Shown in pieces: positions 49,735-61,771 of a stretch of 64,000 nt of DNA. Origin of the DNA: Vicugna vicugna. Its lineage: Eukaryota. The translations under genes and the position numbers were made by a program. A model generated the notes under the pieces. It was not told the DNA's origin, ran no database searches, and worked only from the letters and a program-made list of their open reading frames with translations. Where the stretch lies: the NCBI GenBank assembly GCA_013265495.1, contig MU057744.1, positions 808,001 through 872,000 on the forward strand. Reading direction: 5' to 3'. How positions within the stretch are numbered: position 1 is the stretch's first letter; every line of letters starts with the position of its first letter.

Positions 49735-49875
49735 TGTTTGTTTGTTTTGGTGGGGGGAGGTAATTAGTTTTATTTATTTATTTTATTTTTTAAATGGAGG
49801 AACTGGGGATTGAACCCAGGACCTGTTGCATGCTAAGCAGGTGCTCTACCACTGAGCTCTACCCTCCCCACCCCG
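49735..49875 (-). mobile_element. tRNA-derived SINE (vic-1-type)
   Basis: TSD tgttatatttt at 49724-49734 and 49876-49886, with intact boxes. Confidence 0.9.
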
Positions 49876-52036
49876 TGTTATATTTTATTTAAATACAGAT
49901 TGCCTTAAATTTACCAAGAGTTTTTATTTAAAATTCTGAAAGTGTCTGTTTTAATCTTCGTTTTGTATCCGAGGAGGCTGAGGTTCAGAAAGTCGGGGGA
50001 CAGTTCTTGGGCCAGGGTACAAGGGATGAGGCTGGCGGTGCCTCCCCGCCACCCTGGCCTGATCTTGGTGTCTCACTATTTTGAGGGGAGTTGAGTTCCT
50101 GTTTCTGCCGAACTGTTCATGTGGGACTTTGGAGTCCGCTGTGCAAGTAAGTGATGGAGGAGCTCGGGGCCAGCAGTGGGGCAGCTTTGGAGGAAGTGGG
50201 CACAGAAGGGGGTGAGACCTTTTTCTGGAAGTGGCTTTCTTGACAAGTGAGGCCTCACTGCTCCCCAGGGTGACGTCAGAGGAGAAGGCTCGAGGCCGGC
50301 TGAGTCCGCCCGGCAGCTCTTTGAGGCAGGAGAGGGCATCTCCTCGCTACGGACCAGAACTTGCCTGGTGTCTGTGGTGGCTGTGTCTCCCGCGCCGCAT
50401 CCTCTGGGTCCCACTGGGTAGAGGGGTGGACGGAGGCTCAGGGGCCCTGGAGTGACCCTCTGGGATGGAGAGGGTGGCCGGGAGCCGCACACTGGTGGCT
50501 GTGGGCACCGTGCTGTCTGGGTGGTGAGCTAGGCCTGGTGTTCTCAGCTTTACCCATTCCTGGCGTCCTCCAGGGCTCATGTATTATTTTTGCAGTAAAG
50601 AAGGAGGCGTAAGAACTCATCTCCGCCATTGTATTAGAAACAACAGCTCGGAGAGTCCTCTGGAAAAGCCAGGTGTCCAGACTGGGCTTCTCCAGAGGCG
50701 GTTGCTGTCGCATGGATGGAAGGTGTGTTCAGGGAGCCGGAAACGAGGAGGCTGGTCCCAGAGGTTCTGGCTGTTTCCAAATAGTGCTCTTCACACAAGC
50801 ACAGCAGATGATAAGAAAACCGTGAAAAACAGGGCTTTGGAGGGACCAGGCTGCAGGTTTTGGTGACTCCCAGAAGTCCTGCCTTTGTCTCTCTGTGCCT
50901 CTGATTTCCCCCATCACTGTGAGGATGTGGTAGAGAACAGGTAAAACCATAATAATTGACCGGGAGCTGTGCTAACCACCCCACATGCATTCTCCCCCGG
51001 ACCTCAGCAGCCGTGCAGGACAGACACAGAAGTCCTGCCTCGCGTTGTGTGGAGGCCTGGTCAGGACAGTCCCGGGGTCGCACACACGAGTCATCTCTCC
51101 CTGATTCTGACCTAGCATTTTCCCTGAGGCACAGCACGGGCTTTACGGCCGCTTCATGAAGAGAAGAACCAGCCCTGCGTCGAGCGCACAGCATCCCACG
51201 TGGGGAGACGGTCCTGATCTTAGCAGTGTGAGGACGTGAAACAGACTTGTCCTAGATTCGATCATCACGCAGGGGTGCACCAGCCCAGCCTGGTGCTTTG
51301 ACGCTGTGGCCGCGGGGATGGGGGCCACCCTCCTTGAGCTCCGACAGTTCAGGGCCGGGGAGGGTGCCAGCACTTGGAACTGACCCACGTGGCAGCTGCT
51401 GTGAGGGTCGCTGCCCGCTTGGTGTGACAGGAGTGGCAGCAGACAGTCGGGGGGCTTCTGGGCTCCTCGTTCAGGGAGAGGCTTGCTGACCGAGGGCAGC
51501 TGTCCCGGGAGCCGGCGGCCGGCCCTCCACGCCCAGCGGGCAGCAGGTGCATGATGCCCGGGGAGTGGAGGTGGTTTGGAAGGGCCTGGTCCCATCCTGT
51601 AAAAGAACTGTCCTTGGAGACTAATTCATGTTCGTTGACCCTCAGAGGTTCCTCAGGTTCAGATTACTCCCCTAAATGGGGAAGGGTCTGGGAGCTGCTG
51701 CGACAGTGTCCGCGGGAAAGAAAGGGCTGCCTCGTCTAGGTCTCTGACGGGTGCTTTCTGGATTCTAAATGCACATCTTCACCTGGACCGACTTTCCCAC
51801 TGCACTCCCTCCCCCTCAGCATATTTACTGAGCTCCTGCTGTATACAGTGTGGGTAGAGGGAGTGAAGGAAAGAGCCAAAGTCTGGACCCTCAGGGAGCA
51901 TATTGCCCGGGGGGACACAGGCACTGGTCAGACCATTGTCCCTATGCCTTACTATAAACTGGTTGTCAGTCTGCGAAGTTCAGGTGCAAAGGACCAGAAA
52001 GGCAGCTCCCAGGGAGGCCTGATCGTGTGCACACCG

Positions 52037-52080
52037 TGTGTGTGTGTATGTGTGTGTGTCTGTGTGTGCGCGTGCGCGCG
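52037..52080. repeat. (TG)n/(CG)n microsatellite
   Basis: Nearly uninterrupted purine-pyrimidine alternation. Confidence 0.9.
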
Positions 52081-52136
52081 TTCGTGCAGGTACAGGAGGG
52101 AGTCAGAAAGGCTTCTCTGAAGAAGTGGGATTTAGC

Positions 52137-52250
52137 GGGGAGGGCACAGCTCAGTGGTAGAGCACGTGCTTAGCATGCGGGGGGTCCTGGGTTCAATCTC
52201 CAGGACCTCCATTAAAAAATAAGAAAATACATAAACCTAAAAAAAAAAAA
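52137..52250 (+). mobile_element. tRNA-derived SINE (vic-1-type) inserted in an L2
   Basis: cagctcagtggtagagcacgtgcttagcatg...gggttcaatctcc plus poly-A. Confidence 0.9.
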
Positions 52251-53597
52251 GTGAAACTGGAGCTAAGACCCGTAGGGTGAGAATGAGTGAGGCAGGCAGA
52301 GCCAGCGCGTGTTAAATCATTAACTGCAAGACATAAAACCCCATTCAGACGAGCTTGGGAAAGTGGGGTGTGTTACATCGCCCTGACATCTGATGGCAGG
52401 AAATCAAACGTGGTTGGACCATTGCTCCCCGTGCCCGCCCCGCTCACCGCCACACCACCTCCCGTCAGTGACGTGATGTCTGGAGCTGGGACCAGCATCC
52501 AGGTTTCTGTCTCCGTCTGTGGTGGCTTTGGGAGACCCTGACATTGATCACCCTCTAGCTTCAGACCCACTTTTAATGGATGGTTTTTTGCTTTGGGACT
52601 TGGAAACACATTCAAGTTAAATGGTTGATTTTTGTTTTCCAGCCTCTTTTGCCTTTATTACCAAAAAAAAAAAAAAGCACTTCTTTGGGTATAAAATTAC
52701 AACTTTGGGGCAAGTAATCAAGATTAGTTCTTTCATTAGGTATGCGTGATTCTAAACTATTAAATGCTAAAGAAATGACCATTCGTTCTTAACACCCAGC
52801 TTCCCTTCTACGAAGGCAATAATGTTGGCAGAATGAAAGCCACACACGACCAAAAAATAAAGAAAGAAAAGCGAAGAGAACATGTGATTATTTGGAAAGA
52901 AATTATAATAATGCTTCCATGTTGGGCTTACATAAATGTTTTTCAGCTTGCCAAAGCAAAAGTAGGTCATTGTATGAAGATATTAAGAATATATCAAAAT
53001 GTTCTATTTATTTAATGTATGAGCATCAATGACCCTTTTAAATATTATCAAAACTAGATAAGATTACCAAAAAAAATTAGATTTGTAAGTTTGTAAATTC
53101 ACCTCACTCCTAATCCTATTCCAAAATATGTTCCTCTTTGGACCCTTATTTTTTAAATTCTCTCTGTACATCTGCCCCATACACTCAGCTTGCTTCTCCC
53201 CTGCAAGGACCCGCACATCACCTTCTTCCTTCCCTCTCTGCATTCTTTCTCTTCAATCATACACGATATATGCAATGCCCAAACTTACTGAGGCTAAAAA
53301 ATGCCAGAGGATTGGCTGCCGAAAACCAAATATCTCTTCCTTTTCTCACCTCCGGGAAAGGAGGCTTAGGGAACATCGCCCAGCCGGATGTGGAGGGGGC
53401 TGGGCAGTGAGGTGCTGGTGACGCTTCAGGAGGTTCTGCCCCAGCATCACTTTCTGCATGTCACAGGGGAAAAAATGTTGGTCTTACTGTGCGAGGCCAA
53501 TGTCACAGCCTCTTGACCCCCTCGGTTTCTTTCTCTTGCTTTCTTGCTCATTCTGCCTTTTTGGTCCCTCTCCTTTCCCTTTTTTTTTCTGCCCTTT

Positions 53598-54497
53598 TTT
53601 TTAAAAAAGCTTTTTTTTGTTGAGTTATAGTCATTTTACAATGTTGTGTCAAATTCCAGGGTGGAGCACAATTTTTCAGTTATACATGAACGTATATACG
53701 TTCATTGTCACATTCTCTTTTGCTGTGAGCCACCGGTTGATTTTTTTTTTTAATTGAAGTATAGTCAGTTTGCAATGTTGTGTCAGTTTCTGGTGTGCAG
53801 CATCATGTTTCGGTCATCCAGGTACATACATACATTATTTTTCATATTCTCTTTCATTAGAGGTCACTACAAGATATTGAACATAGTTCCCTGTGCTCTG
53901 CAGTGTGAACTTGTTGTTTATCTATTTTATATATAGTAGTTAGTATCTGCAAATCCCAACTCCCAATTTATCCCTCCCCTCCCTCTTCCCCCTCAGTAAC
54001 TGTAAGTTTGTTCTCTACGTCTGTGAGTCTGTTTCTAATTTGTAAGTAAGTTCTTTTGTGTCTTTTTTCAGATTCCACATATAAGTGATATCAAAAGTAT
54101 TTTTCTTTCTCTTTCTGACTTACTTCACTTAGAATGACAATCTCCAGGTTCATCCATGTTGCTGCAAATGGCATTATTTTACTATTTTTATGGCTGAGTG
54201 GTGTTCCATTGTATAAATATACCACAGCTTCTTTATCCAGTCGTCTTTGGATGGACATTTAGGTTGTTACCGTGTCTTGGCTGTTGTAAATAGTGTGCTG
54301 TGAACATGGGGTGCAGGTGTCTTTTCAAATTAAAGTTCCCTCTGGATGTATGCCCGGGAGTGGGATGGCTGGATCATATGGTAAGTCTGTTTTCAGTCTT
54401 TTGAGGCATCTCCATGCTGTTTTTCATAGTGGCTGCACCAAGCTGCATTCCCACCAGTGTAGGAGGGCTCCCTTTCCTCCACACCCCCTCCAGCATT
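53598..54497 (-). mobile_element. Two adjacent L1 3' ends (53598-53733 and 53741-54497, different subfamilies)
   Basis: Two poly-T tails with different 3'UTR types. The second extends into the ORF2 C-terminus. Confidence 0.9.
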
Positions 54498-55292
54498 AAA
54501 TGGTCGAGTCTTGAGCCAAACCACTCTGCTCCTTGTTAGCCTCCTGAGTGATGTCTCCTTGAAGTAAACACGATACGGATGGTCCTAAAGGGAAATTTGA
54601 ACTGCTGATTTCGGCTTTAGTAAATCTGAGAAGCCTTTTTCTAGACCTGGCACAGGTCAGGAGGCAGCGTGCAGCTGAGAAACGATGTGTAGAAACAGCC
54701 CACCACAGAGCTTGTCTCCTTCAGCCCCGGGCGACGTGCTGAGCAGGCGCTAACACGCGGCAGATCACCCGCCAGGGAGCGCTCTCCGGGCTCGATGACT
54801 CTTGGGGGTTAAACCCCCTTTTCAACATTGTTTTCCTTAAGCCTCCAAAATGGCCTGCAAGGTGGGGATTGTTGTCTCTTTTTGGACGACGACCCTGAGG
54901 CTCACACAGGTCGATTCTGCCCAGGTTCTCAGGGTGCAGAACGGCTGGCACCCTCGCCCACGCTCAGCTCTGGCTCTGCACCGGGCTCTGCTGTCTGCAT
55001 CCTCGTGGGGCTTGGGTACCAGGGGGCGCGTCGGCCGATGCCTACGGTCTGTGACCCTCATGGCCCCCTGGGACAGGAAAAGGGGGCTCGGAGAGGTACA
55101 GCACCTCCCCGCGTTTGCAGTTGATTTGTAATTTAAATCCGGAAAACTGCCAGAGCCCAAGCCGGTCAGTGTTTGTTAACTGCTCTAAGCATTTAACCAA
55201 ATGAGAAAAAATCAGTTTCCTTCTGGATGGATCCAGAATGTACAGGCAACACTCTGGGAATGGAGCCTCACGTTTCCTCTGGTCTTTCCCAG

Positions 55293-55515
55293 GTTCCCCC
55301 TCTACCTGGCCTCGCTCCTCATCAGCCTCGTCTTCCTGCTGGTGAACCTCACCTGCGCGGTGTTGGTGAAGACGGGCCACTGGGAGAGGAAGGTCATCGT
55401 GTCTGTGCGCGTGGCCATTAACGACACGCTCTTTGTGCTGTGTGCTGTGTCTCTGTCCGTCTGCCTCTACAAAATCTCTAAGATGTCCTTGGCCAACATC
55501 TACCTGGAGTCCAAG
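55293..55515 (+). CDS. GPR137B: GPR137B coding exon 3 (223 nt, [23 protein letters not shown]...LANIYLESK)
   Basis: Acceptor TTTCCCAG, donor AAG|GTAAGA. Frame is continuous with exon 2, and TM4-5 are visible in ORF 55201..55536. Confidence 0.97.
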
Positions 55516-57287
55516 GTAAGATGGAACTGTGGTTGAGATGCCGCCACTCAACCGGTTCTAGAAAGTTCCCTGGTTTGCAGGTGGACTTGACCCATGCATC
55601 TCACACCTGACCTCCTGCAGGTGGTTAGCCAGGTGGCAGGGGGCGGGTTGCAGATCTCAGAGGTATGTGGTTCCTTGACCTTTGTAGGCGAGAAGCGTTC
55701 GCTCTGGGGGGCGCAGGGTATATCAGAGTGTGCAGAATTGCTGGCTGAGAGGTGAGTCCCTGGTTTGTAGATGCAGCGGTCTAAGTGGCATTTTAAAGGA
55801 CCAGTGGGATGGGCTGTGCCACGGGTACCAGCAGGAGCACACATCTGGTGTTCCCTGCAATCCAGGCACTTGTAACCACGCTCTGCCTGCAGAGATGCAT
55901 GGAACCCTCACTGCTTTGGGGGGGGTGTTACCCACTCAACAGGGAAACTGAGGCACAGAGAGGTCAGTGGCTCACCCTGGGTTACACAGCTTGTCAGTGC
56001 AGAGCTGAGATTTGGGCTCGGCAGCCTGGCTCTGGGGCTTGGGGTCTGTCCTGTCCTCTCCTCCTCCCGGTCTTAGTGCAGGGGGACTTGGATCCAGGCT
56101 CACCCCCACCTTGGCTGTGCCCACCAGAGCGTCCCCCTCATTCAGGACCGCATGCCTCTGGTGGTGACATTCAGAGATGGAGCCAGGCGGGCTGGGAGAG
56201 GGCAGCGCCTGCCTGTTCTCTTGTTTCGCTGCTGGGCCTCCCTGCCTAGAGTGTCTGTGTTCTCCCCCCAGCCTCAGAGCTACAGAGGGGCAGGCGTGGT
56301 GCCCGGAGCAGAGGGGCCAGTGTGCCCCCGCCCAGCCTGGTCCCTGATCTCCCTTCGTTGAGACGCCAGTGACACGTGCAGGTTGGGAGTGGGTGCCCTG
56401 GACTCTGGCCAGCCGTGAGACCACCCCTACCTCTATTACCTTTACATTTTTTTTCCTTTTTAAATTTTTTATTTGGTTTTAACCGCACAAGAAAATAACA
56501 AATCAGTTATTCTGATGCACATAAAGTCAGAGCAGTACCGTGGGGCAAAAAATCTCAGCTCAGGAGTGGAAACCCGACACTTCCGGCCCCCGGATGTGCG
56601 ATGCACTTCCTACCACAGTGCGTGTCAGCGTTTTTTGCCAACTTTTTGAAAAGTGCTTTTTTCTTTGTGATCCTCCATTCACAAAACTAAAAACCACACC
56701 TTTCAACACTGTCGCTGGAAGCCTCTGGGCTTAGCCACCTAGAGGTGAAAACAAATAAATACATAATCTGTTCCACTGGCCCATTTATAATCCGTTCCCA
56801 ATCCCTGTGGAAGGTACAGGCCCCACGGGGTGTCAGGACATCTGCCTTTCCCACCTGGAGCTCTTCCTTGACATGGAGGCTTGTCGGCTCCTGCGCTTCG
56901 GTTTTCTCACTTGCAAAGTGGTTGAGTGATTTCACAGCTCCTCTCTTCTGAAATTCAGTGGCACAAGGCACCCCCACCCCACCCCCTTCCTTGCCAGGCT
57001 CCCCAAGTGTCTGTAACATCTTTGGTCTGAAGACCGGGAGCAGCTCTGTCTCCAGGATGTTGTATCTTCAGTGGTAACCAGTGGGTTAACATCTGTGCCT
57101 CCAGCAGGGCACCCTGTGATTTGCCTGGGCTCTTGCCAAATCCCCAAAGTCAGTATGGCAGGGAAGTTTTTTCATTTATAAATTTTGACAAACTTTAGAC
57201 TTGATTTTGCCTTAACGTTTTAATTTATATTTATTTATATTGTCCTGTATAAGTGCTAGGCAAGGCTTTTTAAAAACAGATTGTGGT

Positions 57288-57530
57288 GGGGGAGGGGTAA
57301 TTAGGAGTTTGGGATTAACATACACCCACTACTGTATATAAAGCAGGGAAGCAACAAGGTTCTACTGCACAGCACAGGGAACTGTATTCAATATCTTGTA
57401 ATAACCTGCAATGAAAAAGAATATATATATATATGCATATGTATATTTATATTTATAACTGAATCACTTTGCTGTACACCTGAAACTAACACAATATCGT
57501 AAAATCAACTACACTTCAGTTAAAAAAAAA
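57288..57530 (+). mobile_element. L1 3' end
   Basis: Near-perfect TSD aaaa(a/c)caga(a)ttgtggt on both sides, with poly-A. Confidence 0.87.
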
Positions 57531-58292
57531 ACCAGAATTGTGGTTTTAACGGGAAGGGTTAAATTTTAGATTGTCACATTACTAGTTAGATCACCCCCTT
57601 GGCAAACAAACTCATAAACTATGACGGGCAAAATAAAATAGTCTCTTGGGTTTAGTGAGTGACTTCCAAATGCAAAACTCAAAAATCAGTTTCAGAGTTT
57701 CGGTTCTGTTAGCTATCTTTTTCTCACTAAGGGGTCCTTTAACTGACTGGCCAATTGATAGCTTCATGAATTTGGGCACGAACCCCCATTTCCACATGGT
57801 TCCCACCCCCGAGTCTGGTGAGGGTCCAGGACGCCCAGCCTGGCCGACGCTGGGTTTGGAGGAAGCATCGCTGCCCGGAGCCGCTGTCCCCAGCACCAGT
57901 CCCGCGGCTTGTCCCCAAGCCAGGGGCCGGGCACTGGGCTCTAAGCTGAGAGGGTCCTTGGAACTGGGCAGTGGCACTTAGAGATTTAACAGAATAAACC
58001 ATCTGGCTTTCTTGTTCTTACAGACTTGGCCTGAGGCAAATGGCTCCTATTTGAAGGCACCCCCAGGTCACGTCCCAGGCTTGGGAGCCTCAGTAGGACG
58101 GTCATTTGAGATTTTAGGAAGGGGCATGGAGCAGGGTGAGGTCTGCAGTGGGGCGGCGGGCCTCGGGGTGGAGGGTCCTCCCGCACGCTTGGCGGAACCG
58201 CGCCGCCTCTGAGACAGGGGGCCCGCCAGGTCCGAGCCCAGGCCGTGTTCCGGGAGGAGGCCGGTGCCCCGCTCACGCCCTCGCTTTTCCAG

Positions 58293-58442
58293 GGCTCCTC
58301 CGTGTGTCAAGTGACTGCCGTCGGTGTCACCGTCATCCTGCTTTATGCCTCCCGCGCCTGCTACAACCTGTTCACCCTGTCGTTCTCCCAGAGCAGGAAC
58401 GTGCGCTCCTTCGACTATGACTGGTACAACGTGTCCGACCAG
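58293..58442 (+). CDS. GPR137B: GPR137B coding exon 4 (150 nt, [11 protein letters not shown]...[11 protein letters not shown])
   Basis: Acceptor CTTTTCCAG, donor CAG|GTCAGT. Contains the GPR137-family YDWYNVSDQ motif. Confidence 0.97.
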
Positions 58443-58545
58443 GTCAGTGGCTGCCCCCCGCCCCGTGAGGTGCCTGCATCCTTGCCTGTAAAACGGGGTC
58501 GCAGCGCTGCCTGGTCCCAGCCCACGCGTCTCTTAGAAAACTGGG

Positions 58546-58648
58546 ACACACACCCCTCACGCACGCACGCGTGCACATGCACACACACACACACCCCCTC
58601 ACACACACACAGACACACAGACACACCCCCTCATGTGCACACACACAT
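58546..58648. repeat. CA-rich microsatellite in intron 4
   Basis: Interrupted (CA)n. Confidence 0.85.
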
Positions 58649-60706
58649 CTCTTTTTCTTTCCTGGGGCCTGTGTCCAGCAGTGCTTACATTTTTTTAAGT
58701 GCTTTCATATAAATGTAAGATGATCTTGTTAAAGGGTGAAATTTGCAAAGGTAAAACAAGTTGTATTCAGGTTTCAGAAAATACATAAAATTATGAGGTT
58801 TTTTTTTTTAATGGAACATATAAACTGACAGGATTGGAGGAAATCTAGACAAAAGTGACTGAGGATATTAAGGTGTTAGGAAGAACCCATTTCACATCTC
58901 CATCTGAAACTTTCTTTTTTTAGTAGCTTCAGGAAATTCATAAAGTACAAAGCAGATGAACAAAGGTAGTGAAACATTATCTGGCATCCATGCTCAGAAA
59001 AGCTCAAAATGAAAAAGAGCGAGGCTTAGTTAGCCTCCTCTCACTGGAGAAGTATCAGTTCTGTGTCTCCAGCGGCCCCGGACCAAGTGCTGGAGACAGA
59101 AAAACGACCAGACCAACCCCTGCCTGTAGGAGTCGATGTCCACAGAGGACACGAGACACACAAACAGCCATCACAGCAAAGAAACAGAGCTTCTGCAGCT
59201 GGGGTCCATTGGATTGAATCACAAACACTCCTGAGCTTTTCCTGGAAAAACAGTGGACACCCAACTATAGAGGAATGCATGTAACTCTTGCCCTGAATGA
59301 AGACTCTGGAAGAAAGAATGAAATGACCATGATAAGTTAAAACTGTGAAGACAAGATGAAATCCTGAAGGGGCACATCCGTGCAAGATGTTACAGCTAGA
59401 AATTACTGTAACAGCATCAGTAACAAGCATCACCCCCACCCCCAAACCACCAGCTCGTGAGCAGGATGGGAGACAGTGGGCTGCGGCACTGCTGCCGGCG
59501 TCCCCCATGACCAGAACTTAAGTATATAAAAATCTAAACTTTCGTCAGTGATAGATTAGAGGCTTAGTCCTAATACACACAGGATTTTATTGTAGTGAAA
59601 TAGACAAGATTGACTGTTTCAGTCATTCACAAGCTTGCATTTCAGTGACATGTCCGTCACCCCCGTCTGTCTCCAGCACTCCCTCATCACCCCAGACTGA
59701 GAACCTGCCCCCACTAAACAACAGAGATTTGGTTTATAACAAGATAATTACCTCAGTGTTTCTTTTAATTAAGAGCTTATGATTATACCAAGTTTAAAAT
59801 ATGACCACAGTTTTAAAAATTCTGTTGTTTTTAGTGGTGATTGATTTACTGATCTCTAGACCTCTGTGTCGTAAGCAGAACAGATGGCCCAGGTCTCAGC
59901 TTGCTTGTGTGGAATGGAACGTCACACAGCACCCACTGCTGGGACGGAGAGGTGGAATTTGAGGTGCAGAGTTTGGGAGCAATGTTTGTGAGGAGGAGCA
60001 TGACTGGCGTGGGTGACTGGACTTTAACCACGAGGTGACAGGGAGGGCGGAAGGATTCTGCCTGGGGCGCTGGCCCTTCCTGGCTTGATGGTGGTGTCGC
60101 CGTCCTTTGAACCGGCCGGGCCACACAGGGAGAGCTGTGCCGCCGGCCATGTGCCTCCGCTGTTCTCCACCGCTTGGCCGTCTCACTGGTCCAGGAGGCA
60201 GACACCCTGGACTCAGACAGCATTTTTCTAGACAGTCTCGTTTGCTGTAAGTTTTAAAGGGTAAAGGATAGGATGCGAAGAGAGGTGTAAAAACCGACAC
60301 ACATCTCCTAAGGGAGAGGCCACGGGCACGACGTGTGTGCTGCCCTCGGGAACGGGGGCCAGGGCGGCAGAAGGAACGGCCTCATTGCCGTTGCTGAAGA
60401 GAAGAAAATCGGCTTATTCCAGACTGACTTTGGATGAAGGAGGTTTTTGTGGGGGAGGAATGAAATGTCAGAGGCTGGCAGTTTCTCTCCTTGAATGTTT
60501 TGAAGAAAACTGTCTGTCTTGTACGGTTGAAGTAACTCCCCACCTGAGGTCTGGACCATGAGTGTTTCCTGATTTCAACACGCACATTTTAGGCGAAAAG
60601 AACGACACGATATTAGAGTTAGTCTCCGTCTGCGTGAGGAAGAGCTGGCTCAGACTTGCTTCCCTTGCCCTCCGCCTGGTGACTCTCCGTGTTCCCTTCC
60701 CGACAG

Positions 60707-60835
60707 GCGGACCTGCGGAACCAGCTGGGCGACGCCGGCTACGTGGTGTTCGGAGTGGTCCTGTTCGTGTGGGAGCTCTTACCTACCACCTTAGTGGTCT
60801 TCTTCTTCCGAGTTAGGAGTCCTGCAAAGGACCTG
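60707..60835 (+). CDS. GPR137B: GPR137B coding exon 5 (129 nt, [43 protein letters not shown]). The CDS continues beyond the window.
   Basis: Acceptor CCCTTCCCGACAG, donor CTG|GTCAGT, TM7 WELLPT motif, no stop codon reached. Confidence 0.96.
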
Positions 60836-61069
60836 GTCAGTAAACCGCTTTATCTTTGCAGAAGCATCTCCTAATTCTCATCACGAAGCAGACAGAACTT
60901 TTCCTAAGATTTTCAGTGGAGAGCCTCTTCCGCCCTCTTCTGATATGAAAAGTTCCCTTGTTGATTTAACTGAGACTTTCTTTCCATTCCTTTAATCATC
61001 TTCTGAGGGAAATTTGTTTTTCAGTTTAGTTTTATTTTACAAAAAAAAGGGGGGGGGCGGGGGGAGAGA

Positions 61070-61134
61070 GGGGAGGGGAGCAGCCGAGCAGTGGAGCGCG
61101 TGCTCAGTGTGCGCAGGGTCCTGGGCTCCGTCCC
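61070..61134 (+). mobile_element. Degenerate vic-1-type SINE
   Basis: gagcagtggagcgcgtgctcagtgtgcgcagggtcctgggctccgtccc. Confidence 0.6.
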
Positions 61135-61444
61135 TAAACCCTAAACCCTTCCAGTGCCTCGTTTTCCCTCTTTCCCTGCAGGCAGACAGCTCACATTTTC
61201 CGGGAACCTTGTGTGACCAGGGGACAAAGGATGAGTCTCTTAACAAAACCCCCTTACCCCGTGGGCCCTCTCACCACTTCCTGGTGTCCCAGAGGCGCAG
61301 GAGCTCGACCCCCTACCCCCAGGGAAGTCCTGAGGAAGGCGTACACCTGCGTCCCAAGGAGGGAAAGCCTGTTGCTCAAAGTGCTGTCTTGGTTTTGTTT
61401 TTTTTGTTTGGTTTTTTGTTTGTTTGTTTTCCTTTCTCTGCAAG

Positions 61445-61632
61445 CTATTTTTATAGAAGTCTAGTCAGTGTACAACGTTGTGTCAATTTCCGGTGCGCAG
61501 CATGTTTCAGTCACACACAGACACACATGTATCCCTTTTCATATTCTTTTCCATTATAGGTTATTACAAGGTATTGCATATATTCCCTGTGCTGTACAGA
61601 AGAAATCTCTTGTTTATGTACTTTGTATCTAG
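61445..61632 (-). mobile_element. L1 3' end
   Basis: gtgtcaatttccggtgcgcagcatgtttcagtca...ttccctgtgctgtacagaaga. Confidence 0.8.
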
Positions 61633-61771
61633 GATCTGCTACTCTCACAGCACTGTCTTGTTAAATGAATACAGAGCAACGTGGATACTCTTACGGTCCA
61701 GGGGAGCTTGTCAGCCTCGACACGCACTTGGCTGCTGTGTTTGAATATATCTGATACTTAAGGTATTAGAG

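Noticed and set aside
61132..61149. CCCTAAACCCTAAACCCT telomere-like repeat
   Set aside because: Only about 2.5 units, not the vertebrate TTAGGG, and it sits at a SINE tail. Likely chance or slippage.
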